Shown piece by piece: positions 25,100-34,763 of a stretch of DNA of 64,000 nt; within the stretch, counting starts at the first letter, position 1; every line of letters begins with the position of its first letter. Origin of the DNA: Glaucostegus cemiculus (Eukaryota); contig CDPCPM010000207.1 in NCBI GenBank assembly GCA_976551045.1, positions 5,518,001 through 5,582,000 on the forward strand. Direction: 5' to 3'. The notes below the pieces were generated by a model, which worked only from the letters and a program-made list of their open reading frames with translations, searched no databases and had not been told where the DNA came from. The position numbers and the translations under genes were made by a program.

Positions 25100-25139
25100 A
25101 AAGAAGTTCTGAAGTACAGTCCCAGGAAGCCAAGATTCC

Positions 25140-25297
25140 TCATTCCAAAGGCGTACGGGTTAGGAAGTTGTGGGCATGCTATGTCAGCGACAGAAGTGTG
25201 GCAACACTTGTGGGCTGCCCCCCAGAACATTCTACACAAAAGATGCATTTCACTGTGTGTTTCAATGTACATGTGACTAATAAAGATATCTTATCTT
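25140..25297 (+). mobile_element. V-SINE 3' half (2941 subfamily)
   Basis: CATTCCAAAG..GTACGGGTTAGGAAGTTGTGGGC...GTACATGTGACTAATAAAGAT. Confidence 0.85.
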
Positions 25298-25511
25298 AGT
25301 GCAGCCAAATCCCACAAACTTGGTGACATTGCTGGGTTAAGCCTTATTTTGATTTATGCTTGTAATGTACTGTGCTGCTACAAAAAGATAATTTTCACGG
25401 CACCTATACCCTGAGTATGTATCCCCATGAAAGTAAACTCCCAACATGAATAAATGAGCAGATAAACAACAAACCACGCCATGCAGCCCACTGTGATCAG
25501 ACTATTGAAAA

Positions 25512-25700
25512 GATCTTTATTAGTCACATGTACATCAAAACACACAGTGAAATACATCTCTTGCGTAGTGATTTTGGGGGGGGGGGGGGGGGGGCAGCCC
25601 GCAAGTGTCGCCACGCTTCCGGCGCCAACATAGCACGCCCACAACTTCCTAACCCGTACGTCTTTGGAATGTGGGAAGAAACCGGAGCACCCGGAGGAAC
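25512..25700 (-). mobile_element. V-SINE, 5'-truncated (2941 subfamily), CpG retained
   Basis: Reverse-complement match to ~3045-3213. Confidence 0.85.
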
Positions 25701-25704
25701 CTAA

Positions 25705-25960
25705 ATTGAACGGTTCCCTTATACGATGAGACGGACTCTGACCTCACGATCTGCCTTGTTGTGACCTTGCACCTTATTGCACTGCACTTTCTCTGTAGCT
25801 GGGACACTTCACTCTGTGCTGTTGCTGTCTTTACCTGTGCTGCCTCACTGCACTCTGTACTGACCCAGTGTAACTGCGCTGTGTAAAGAACTGCCCTGAG
25901 CCCCCGGTGTGCGAGACAAGCTTTTCACTGCACAGGTGACAGTAACACCCCTGTACCAAT
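25705..25960 (+). mobile_element. Rex1/Babar-type LINE 3' UTR (second family), GC-shifted copy
   Basis: Aligns end to end with the reverse complement of 50741-51000. Confidence 0.85.
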
Positions 25961-25979
25961 GGGAGTCCAGGATAACAGA

Positions 25980-26372
25980 CAATAGGAGCAGAAGTAGACC
26001 TTTCGGCCCTTCGAGTCTGCTCCGCCATTTTGAGATCATGGCTGATCATCTACCCTCAATAACCTGTTCCTGCCTTGTCCCCATATCCCCTGATTCCCCT
26101 ATCTATAAGAAACCTATCTAACTCTTCCATGAAAGTGCCCAGTGTATTGGCCTCCACTGCCCTCTGAGGCAGTGCATTCCACAGATTTACCACCCTTTGT
26201 GAGAAGTTTCTCCTCACCTCTGTCCTAAATGGCATACCCTTAATTCTTAGCTCATGCCCTCTGGTCCTGGATTCCCCCAACATCTGGAACATATTTCCTA
26301 CCTCTATCCTGTCCAAACCTTTAATAATCCTATAAGTCTCAATCAGATCCCCTCTTAATCTTCTCCATTCCA
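25980..26372 (-). mobile_element. Young CR1 3' fragment
   Basis: Open frame LEWRRLRGDLIETYRIIKGLDR...RTRGH...FSQRVVNLWNALP. Confidence 0.92.
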
Positions 26373-26461
26373 GCGGTAATAAATCAGACCATCCACTGCA
26401 CCGGCCCAAGGCGCTGGGGGCTCATCCCAGTCCTTCTGCATCCAACAAGGCGGCGCCGACC

Positions 26462-26522
26462 CACCGGCGGCCGGTGACCCGCAGCAGGCGGCGGCCCAGC
26501 GCCCGGGCCCAGGCCCCGCTCC
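26462..26522 (-). repeat. Duplicate of the 3' part of MRPS11 exon 1 with its own GT donor (CG|GTGGGT)
   Basis: 26462-26504 is identical to 27181-27223 over 43 nt, and the match continues after a 6-nt insertion. Confidence 0.95.
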
Positions 26523-27180
26523 ACCCACTCCCCGGCCCCCGGGCCCCGCTCCACCCACTCCCCGGGCCCCGGGCCCCGCTCCACCCACTCCCCGGCCCCC
26601 GGGCCCCGCTCCACCCACTCCCCGGCGCCCGGGCCCCGCTCCACCCACTCCCCGGCCCCCGGGCCCCGCTCCACCCACTCCCCGGCCCCCGGGCCCCGCT
26701 CCACCCACTCCCCGGGCCCCCGCTCCACCCACTCCCCGGCCCCCGGGCCCCGCTCCACCCACTCCCCGGCCCCCGCTCCACCCACTCCCCGGCCCCCGCT
26801 CCACCCACTCCCCGGCCCCCGCTCCACCCACTCCCCGGGCCCCGCTCCACCCACTCCCCGGGCCCCGGGCCCCGCTCCACCCACTCCCCGGCCCCCGCTC
26901 CACCCACTCCCCGGGCCCCGCTCCACCCACTCCCCGGCCCCCGGGCCCCGCTCCACCCACTCCCCGGCCCCCGGGCCCCGCTCCACCCACTCCCCGGGCC
27001 CCGCTCCACCCACTCCCCGGGCCCCCGCTCCACCCACTCCCCGGGCCCCGCTCCACCCACTCCCCGGGCCCCCGCTCCACCCACTCCCCGGGCCCCGCTC
27101 CACCCACTCCCCAGCCCCCGGGCCCAGGCCCCGCTCCACCCACTCCCCGGCGCCCGGGCCCAGGCCCCGCTCCACCCACT
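26512..27180. repeat. MRPS11 intron 1 minisatellite, about 25 copies of a 23-30 bp unit with core GGCCCCGCTCCACCCACTCCCC
   Basis: Directly visible; G-run-rich on the MRPS11 sense strand. Confidence 0.95.
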
Positions 27181-27183
27181 CAC

Positions 27184-27248
27184 CGGCGGCCGGTGACCCG
27201 CAGCAGGCGGCGGCCCAGCGCCCAGGCCCCGCTCCGCACCCGCTGCAT
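27184..27248 (-). CDS. MRPS11: MRPS11 coding exon 1: MQRVRSGAWALGRRLLRVTGR(R)
   Basis: AGG-ATG start; Arg-rich, acid-free mitochondrial presequence (human MQAVRNAG); CG|GTGAGT donor, phase 2. The six exons sum to 597 nt (198 aa plus stop). Confidence 0.9.
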
Positions 27249-27754
27249 CCTCCGCCCGGCGCCCGCGCCTCAGCCTGGGCCCAGTGACCCCCAGTAACCC
27301 CGAGGTGGTGGGGGGGGGAGGGCGAAGGGCGCAGAAGGAAACGTCGTTATAACTTTACATTATTTACTCTCAACATTAACATCCCTGTTGAAAATAAAAC
27401 GTCTGTTTCGAGTGATGTTGTATAACGATTCCTCTTTTCGGAGTTAGCGGAGTTTAAAGTATTTGCTATAAAATGACCCCCCCCCTCCACCTCTGTTGGT
27501 CCCGCTCAACACAGACTGTTCCAATGTTCATTGATGGGGAGACGGGGATGGGAAAAATAATGTTCTCAGGAATGTGGCAGGAATATTGGAGTTTGGTGAT
27601 GGTCAAACATCACTAAACTGTCAGGTTTTAGATGTGTAAGCGCTGCACAGCGAGATGGTGCTGGCAGCGCCGGGAGTGAGGAGTGTTTGTGGGGTGGGTC
27701 CCCCCCCCCGGCCCGCAACACATCCCGACGTCCCTGACGTGAGGCAGCGCCGAG
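27249..27754. promoter_or_regulatory. Bidirectional promoter and 5' UTRs between MRPS11 and MRPL46, within a CpG island spanning ~26400-28160
   Basis: Start codons diverge 506 bp apart, as in the human pair. CRE-like TGACGTGA at 27735-27742; YY1-like GAGATGGCGGC over the MRPL46 ATG. Confidence 0.85.
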
Positions 27755-27997
27755 ATGGCGGCTGCGCTGCGCCGGCTGCCCGCGTTCAGCGGCCCCGCCG
27801 CCGCCGGAGCCGCCGCCGGAGCCGGGCTCCGACCCCCCGCTGCGGCCGCCGCCGGAGCCCGGGGCTTGGCGCAGCGCGCCCCACAGCCGGCGGCCGCCGG
27901 TTGGCAGCTGTGCGGCGCCGTGTGCCTGCAGCGCGCCGCCGTGGTGTCGCGGGAGATGAACCCGACGGAGAGCGCGTTCGCGCGGCTGCTGCGGCAG
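27755..27997 (+). CDS. MRPL46: MRPL46 coding exon 1 (81 codons)
   Basis: W.L.GAVCLQR..VVS....E..FARLLRQ matches human WRLLGALCLQRPPVVS...LLQQ; CAG|GTGGGG donor, phase 0. Confidence 0.95.
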
Positions 27998-28053
27998 GTG
28001 GGGGCGGGGGCGCGCACCGGGGCGCGCTGGGGCGGGGGCGCGCTGGGGAGGAC

Positions 28054-28065
28054 ACGCATGCGCGC
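28054..28065. promoter_or_regulatory. NRF1-like site ACGCATGCGCGC in MRPL46 intron 1
   Basis: Close to the NRF1 consensus TGCGCATGCGCA; NRF1 is a known regulator of nuclear-encoded mitochondrial genes. Motif match only. Confidence 0.5.
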
Positions 28066-28162
28066 TGCCGTCAGCAGCCGCGCAAGTTCTTCTTCGACCG
28101 AAAACGTTGTGTTTGACAACAAAACCTTTGGGGATCGGTCGGTGGGCGGCGGGGGCAGCGTC

Positions 28163-29055
28163 TGCCGCCCACCCCCTGACTCCCACCCCTGCCGCCCCCT
28201 GACTCCCGCCCCTGCCGCCCCCTGACTCCCGCCCCTGCCGCCCCCTGACTCCCACCCCCTTGCCTCTCACCCCCCTGATGCCCACCCCCTTGCCTCCCAC
28301 CCCCTGATGCCCACCCCCTTGCCTCCCACCCCCTGATGCCCACCCCCCTGCCTCCCACCCCCCTTGCCTCCCACCCCCCTTGCCTCCCACCCCCCTTGCC
28401 TCCCACCCCCCTTGCCTCCCACCCCCCTTGCCTCCCACCCCCTGATGCCCACCCCCCTGCCTCCCACCCCCCTGATGCCCACCCCCTTGCCTCCCACCCC
28501 CTGATGCCCACCCCCCTTGCCTCCCACCCACTTGCCTCCCACCCCCTTGCCTCCCACCCCCTTGCCTCCCACCCCCTGATGCCCACCCCCCTGATGCCCA
28601 CCCCCTTGCCTCCCACCCCCTTGCCTCCCACCCCCTTGCCTCCCACCCCCCTGATGCCCACCCCCTTGCCTCCCACCCCCTGATGCCCACCCCCTTGCCT
28701 CCCACCCCCTTGCCTCCCACCCCCTTGCCTCCCACCCCCTTGCCTCCCACCCCCTTGCCTCCCACCCCCCTTGCCTCCCACCCCCCTTGCCTCCCACCCC
28801 CTGATGCCCACCCCCCTGATGCCCACCCCCTTGCCTCCCACCCCCTGATGCCCACCCCCCTTGCCTCCCACCCACTTGCCTCCCACCTCCCTGCCTCCCA
28901 CCCCCTGATGCCCACCCCTCTGCCTCCCACCCCTCTGCCTCCCACCCCCCTGATGCCCACCCCCTTGCCTCCCACCCCCTGATGCCCACCCCCTGATGCC
29001 CACCCCCTGATGCCCACTCCCTTGCCTCCCACCCCCTGATGCCCCCCACCCCCTG
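28163..29055. repeat. MRPL46 intron 1 C-rich minisatellite: 24-bp CCCCTGACTCCCRCCCCTGCCG units, then mixed CCCCTGATGCCCA / CCCCCTTGCCTCCCA units
   Basis: Directly visible, about 0.9 kb. Confidence 0.95.
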
Positions 29056-29402
29056 ATTGCCCTGCAGAAGGTGGCAGTGAGCTGCCACCTTGAGCTGCTG
29101 CAGCCTTCCCATTCTGCCAAAGGCATCCCCTTGGCCATTGGGGACGGAGGTCCCAGGATTTAGACCCAACGCCAGTGGAACGGCTGTAAATGTTCCTGCT
29201 GGGATGGTGCATGACTTGGAGGGGAACCTTAGTGCATTCCCGTGCACCTGTTGCTCTCCCCCCTTCTTGGTGGTATGAAGTACTGTCAGAGTAGTTCGAG
29301 TAATTGCAGTGTACTCCGGAGATGGTACCCATGGATTTGGTAGTGTGGTGGTGATTTAGGGTGTTTGATGGGACGACGGGCAGTTGGGCTGCTTTGTCCT
29401 GA
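29050..29402 (-). mobile_element. 3' end of a non-CR1 LINE (clade uncertain)
   Basis: Minus-strand translation has KVPLQVMHHP...GSKSW remnants; the terminus TGCCC..CCCT.ATTGCCCT resembles the old SINE tails at 40675 and 50490. Confidence 0.65.
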
Positions 29403-29404
29403 AG

Positions 29405-30580
29405 GATCATAGAATCATATAGCACAGAAGCAGGCTCTTTGGCCCACCCATCTGTACTAATGCCATTTCCATTAATTGACCCCCTAGCCTATTCCTTGGC
29501 GATTCAAGTACTTTTCCCGTGTTTTTAGAGGTGTATTTGCACAGGCAAGCAGAGGGCATTTCGAGGTGTTCCTGCCTTATAGATATCCTTTAAGGCATGA
29601 TGCAGTTTAGAAATGGGGCAGTGAACGTTCACTGGATTGATTTCTGTGACCAATGGGTTGTCGTTGGAATAAAAAAATTGAGCAGAATGGATATAAACTC
29701 TCTGGAGTTCAAAAGAATGAGAGGAGATTTTATGGGGGGGTGGTTTGAAGGGTTTATCCTGATAGATACTGTGTGGATGTGGGGGAATTAAACTGGGGGC
29801 ACAGTCTCTCAATAAGGGGTTTAGTGACTTCAGACTGAAATGCAGACTGGAATTTCTTAGAAGGCTGTAAATCTTTGAAATTTTCGACTCCCAGAGAGCT
29901 ATGGACACTGAGTCGTTGATCTTGGGAATATAGACATTTTTTTCAGGGGAATCTAATTTTTTATGAGGATCGGGGCAGAAAGTACAGTTGAAATCAAAAA
30001 TCAAGATTAGCTAGGATCTCATTGAATGGCAAGACAACTCTAGGAGTTGTATAGCTTATTTCTGCTATTTCTTATGTTTTATGTTTATATTAGGATCTGT
30101 CAAAGAAGTAGGTTTTCAGGAGCATTTGGAGGAAAGAGGTAGTAAGACCATAAGATATGGAAGCAGAAGACTCTGGGTGAAGAAATTCCTCCTCAACTCA
30201 GTTCTAAAGGGACATCCCTTTATTCTGATGCTGTGCCTTCAGATCCTAGACTCTCCTGTTAATGGAAATATTCTCTCCACACCCATTATCAAGGCCTTTC
30301 AGTATTCGGTAGGTTTCAGTGAGATTCCCCCCCCCTCATCCTTCTGAACTCCAAGTACAGGCCCAGAGCCATCAAATGCTCCTTGTACATTAACCCTTTC
30401 GTTCCTGGGATCATTCTTGTGAACCTCCTCTGGACCCTCTCTAGTGCTAGTATACCTTGGGTACAGGGCCCAAAATCGCTCACAGTATTCCAAATGTGAT
30501 CAACGCCTTATAAAGCCTCAGCAGTACATTGTTGCTTTTATATTCTAGTTCTCTCGCTAACATTACATTTGCCTTCCTTA
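29405..30580. mobile_element. Cluster of CR1 remnants (29405-29520 -, ~29660-30075 +, ~30140-30580 -)
   Basis: SLEFKRMRGD and EYCERFWALY motifs, and CR1 tails. Confidence 0.7.
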
Positions 30581-30889
30581 TTAGTGAGACAAAGAAATTT
30601 ATGGAAGGAATTAAGCTACAAAGTTAGAGCTATAACTTAAATTTGGGGGTCAGTAAAGCTCCAATTTGGACTAGTACAGAGAGTTATGGGGTGGGGATGG
30701 CTTTTGCTGAGGGCATAGATACACTTGAAGTAAGCCATTTATTTAGATTTGAGCAAAGCATTTATTTGATTGTCTTTGATTAAAATTATTTATCTGCTGT
30801 GAACCTTTCAGTGGCTAGGTTACTGTGATGCTCTCTTTAAAAGCCTGAGGACACATTGCTATGTTAACAGCAGTATGAAATGGCTAAGG

Positions 30890-31660
30890 AAACCACAGTG
30901 GATGCTAAAGATCTGAAAGAGAATTGTCACTTGCTAAAAATGCTCAGCAATTCGGGCAGCATCTGTGGAGAGAAAAATCAAAAGTTAATGTTTCAGCTCA
31001 ATTAAACTTGTGTCAGCACTGAAAATTGTTGATATTTTAAGCAAGTACAGGCAGAAAAAAGGTGGAGAGGAAAGAAAGAACTAAAACTATGAAGCTGAAT
31101 GATGGAAGAGACAATGGTGCAAGCAAAAAGGGGATGGTTAAGGAACATGAGAAAGGAGATATACCGGGGAGATGTAAATAGTGAATGATTAGTCTGGAAG
31201 ACTAAAGTTTGCCGTTCTGAAAGCTATTCCTTGAGCTTGCATTGAACTTCATTAGAACAATACAGGAGGCCGAGGTCAGAAAAGTCAGTGTAGGAGTTGG
31301 GTGGAGAGTTCAGGTGACAAACTGGAAGTTCAGAGAAACACTTGTGGCCTAAACTGAGATAATTCTCAATGCGGTTATCCAGTTTTCATTTAGTTTCCCC
31401 TGTGTAGACAGGTTGTGTCATGGACAACAAGAAGATACAAAATTAAAGAAAGTTTCACATTGGAGGAGTTTTGAGGGCCTTGAAAATTTCTGCTTCCCAT
31501 TATTCAAGAGCAAATATTGTATCTCAGTACACTAGCAAATAAAGATATCATGGGAACCACAGGACATGTTGGGGATGATTGAGGAGTGGATCAGGGTGTC
31601 AAAGAAGGGATAGCCCCTTCAGAATGCAAAGAAGGTAGGCAAGGGGAAGTGTGTTGAATG
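30890..31660 (-). mobile_element. Degenerate Penelope-like element (terminal repeat plus GIY-YIG remnant)
   Basis: CTCAGC..GGCAGCATCTGTGGAGAGA terminus; internal similarity to the reverse complement of 22600-23170. Confidence 0.6.
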
Positions 31661-31799
31661 TTTTAGAAAGGTTTTTGAATCTAGAGGTGAAAGTGAAGAG
31701 GGTGAGAAAAGAGTGAGAACATTGAACAAAAAATGTTGCGGTTATACTGTCTTAATCTTGTTTACTAAATTTTCCTTGGCCTTGCCTGATACATTTATG

Positions 31800-31995
31800 A
31801 GTTGAACCAGTGTTCAACAACTTAACTGATTATCTAAAAGTGATTATCTTGTCATAATCACTGATGTTTATAGAACCTTGTACAAATTGGTGGATTTCCT
31901 ACACTGTAGCATTGTAGAAGTTATTTTGGCTGTAAGTCACTTTTCAGTGTTTCCTGAGGTCAAGAAAGAAGCACTATAAATGATCTCTTTTCTTT
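31800..31995 (+). mobile_element. Deu-type SINE 3' remnant
   Basis: TTTCCTACA...TTGGCTGTAAG...CCTGAGGTC...CACTATAAATG. Confidence 0.55.
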
Positions 31996-32489
31996 CCATT
32001 CAGCACATTACAAAAGGTCTTTGGTATTGGAAGGCAGGTGAAGTTGAATGATAGAACAGATAATGACAGTTTTGACCAGATGGTCTCTTTTAATGATCTT
32101 GGTTGTGGGATGAAAATTGTGATCAATATTTAATGGTGATGTTGCTGCAGGATACTCTCATTGTGAGATCAAAAGTTCTTACTTTCTTTCTGGTAATGTA
32201 TAAATAATGTAAGATTCTTATAAATAATCACAGTAACAAAAAAATGTTGTTTACAAAGAGTATAAATTCCCAGTGGATGCTGTATATGCACTGCACATAA
32301 CCATTAATTTACTTATGTTGACATAGTGCATCCGTTGTGAAAAATATTCATGACCCCTAGTCCCTGGCAAGTGGCAAAATAATCAGAGCATCACTGACAG
32401 AATAGAAAAAAATACCTTGTGTACTGATTGGTCATGGCTCAAGACTACACAAACATTTAAGAAGAAATTGTACGAAGAAGGCTCCCATA

Positions 32490-33510
32490 GAAGACAGAGG
32501 GTCATGGTAGATGGAGTGTATTCCGCCTGGAGGTCGATGACCAGTGGCTATCTGAGGAATTTGTTCTGGCACCCCTGCTCTTTGTGATTTTTCTAAATGA
32601 CTTGGATGCGGATATGGAAGGATGGGTTAGTAAATTTGCTGGTGACATGAAGGTTGGTGGTGTTGTGGATAGTGTAGAATGTTGCTGTAGATTACAACAG
32701 GACATTGATAGGATGCAAAGCTGGGCTGAGAAGTGGCAGATGGAGTTCAACCTGGAAAAATGTGAAGTGATACGCTTTGGAAGGTTGAATTTGAAGGCAG
32801 TTTATAAGGTTAGTGGCAGGACTCTTAGCAGTGTGGAGGAATGGAGGGATCTTGAGGTCCATATCCGTAGATTCCTCAAGGTTGCCATGCAGGTTGATAG
32901 GGTTGTTAAGAAGGCGTATTGTGTGCTGGCCTTCGTTAGTCGGGGTATTGAGTTCAACAGCCACGAGGTAATGTTGTAGCTCTATAAAACTCTGGTTAGA
33001 CCACACTTAGAATATTGTATTCCATTCTGGTTGCCTCATTATGGAAAGGATGTGGAAGCTTTAGAGAGGGTGTAGAGGAAATTTACCAGGATGCTGCCTG
33101 GATTGGAGGGCATGTCTTATAAGGATAGGTCGAGTGAGCTGAGACTTTTCTCTTCAGAGAGAAGGAGGATAAAAAGTGACTAGATAGGAGTGTACGAGAC
33201 AATAAGAGGCTTTTACCCAGGGCGAAAATGGTTAACATGAGGGGACGTAATTTTAAGGTGATTGGAGTAAGGTATGGAAGGATGTCAAAAGTAGGGTTTT
33301 TTTTACACAGAGAATGATGGGTGTGTGGAACGCATTGCTGGCAGAGGTGGTGTAGGCAGATACATTAGGGACATTTAAGAGGCTCTTAGATAGCAACATG
33401 AATGATAGGAAAATGGGGGGATATGTGGGAGGGAATGGTTAGATAGATCTCAGAGCAGGATAAAATGTCAACACAAGGCTTGTACTGTGCTGTAATGTTC
33501 TGTGTTCTAA
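32490..33510 (+). mobile_element. CR1 LINE, about 1 kb of the RT C-half and 3' UTR, decayed
   Basis: IFLNDLD...VSKFAGDMKVGG...LQQDIDR...WQMEFN.EKCEV, with in-frame stops. Confidence 0.95.
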
Positions 33511-33639
33511 TGCTACAAGGCCATGCTGTATCGGGTTCTTCCCTGTCTGCATTGAGTTATTTGATCTCTTGCTGAGTAGAAACCTGAATGCTGTTATTGA
33601 CAACTGTACCTTGGGTCAGAAAGGAGTAAAAACGTAATT

Positions 33640-33990
33640 GGAGCAACAGACATGGAGGAACTCGGCAGATCAGGCAGCATCTATAGAGGGAAATGGACAG
33701 TTGACGTTTCAGGTCAAGCCCCATCATCTGTATGTTCTTGTCCACCAGACATTATGAATTGGGGATAGGCCACTCAACCCCTCGAGCCTGTTCTGGCACT
33801 TAATCAGATACTGGTTGATCTGAATGTAACCTCAGCTTTGTTTCCTGAAGGATTATTAAGTCCAGGTGAAGGGTCTTGACCCAAAATATTGACTGTCCAT
33901 TTTCCTCCACAGATATTGCCTGACCCACCGAGTTCCTCCAGCATTTTGTTTGATGCTCCAGATTCTAGTATCTGCAGTCTCTGGTGTATT
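33640..33990. mobile_element. Two inverted short Penelope-like termini separated by a CR1 tail remnant
   Basis: 33640-33730 is the reverse complement of ~33860-33960; both break at the hammerhead-like motif. Confidence 0.65.
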
Positions 33991-34564
33991 CAGCTTGCTA
34001 ATTCTGTGTGTCTAGGTGCACATTTGAGGAATAGCAATGTGGGAGGGCAGCTTGTGCTTGTGACACTACTCATCATGCCATTTTCATCAAAGAGTAAAGT
34101 AATTCTTTTCTTGATGATAGCTGATTGCAGTTGCTGGAAATGTGCAGACTGTGGATTTTGAATCTTGAGATTGAAACAGCAGGAGTCCTGATCTCATCTT
34201 TTAAATGTAGCAATTGTCAGCTTTGGATATAGCAACTGCTTTAGAAAAGAAATATTGCACACCGATTCATCAAGTGCACCTTGAATCATTCTCATTTTCT
34301 AATTTTAATTCTGCTTGTTGTGAAAAAATGGATTTGGAAGCTGTGTTTAAAATGCCTACTGGTAGGTAACTGGTAGAATCTTGGGGTAGTTGATGGGGAT
34401 GTGAGGATAATAAAATGGGATTAGCACAGGTTTAATATAAATGAGTGCTTGATGTGGATTTGGTGGGTAGAAGGGCCTGTTTCTGTGCTGTATGACTCTG
34501 AATCTATGGTACATTCAGTTCATTCCTGGCTTTGTAAAATGCAGATGATTTTGACACTTTACAG

Positions 34565-34763
34565 ATGGAGCTGGAGAAAAGCCTCTATTCTGACCATGAG
34601 CTTCGAATCTTTGAAGATGAAGAGAGAATTCGAAGAAGGCAGGCATACGACTATGATTCAGATGAAGAGGAAGATGTTGGCCAGGACATTGTGACTGGCC
34701 AAGATCTGGAAGATATGTGGGAACAGAAGCTCAGACAGTTCAAATCTGCTGATAGAGTACAAG
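34565..34763 (+). CDS. MRPL46: MRPL46 coding exon 2
   Basis: [14 protein letters not shown]...[10 protein letters not shown] matches human [14 protein letters not shown]...[10 protein letters not shown]; cag acceptor and G|GTCTGT donor; 199 bp, phase 0/1. Confidence 0.97.

Noticed and set aside
26355-27196. Long Gly/Pro/Trp-rich ORFs (240-274 aa) in several frames
   Set aside because: They are stop-free translations of the intron 1 minisatellite and are open in multiple frames on both strands.
27566-29425. 619-aa and other minus-strand ORFs
   Set aside because: They are made of the C-rich array, antisense MRPL46 exon 1 and a LINE remnant, with no protein-like complexity.
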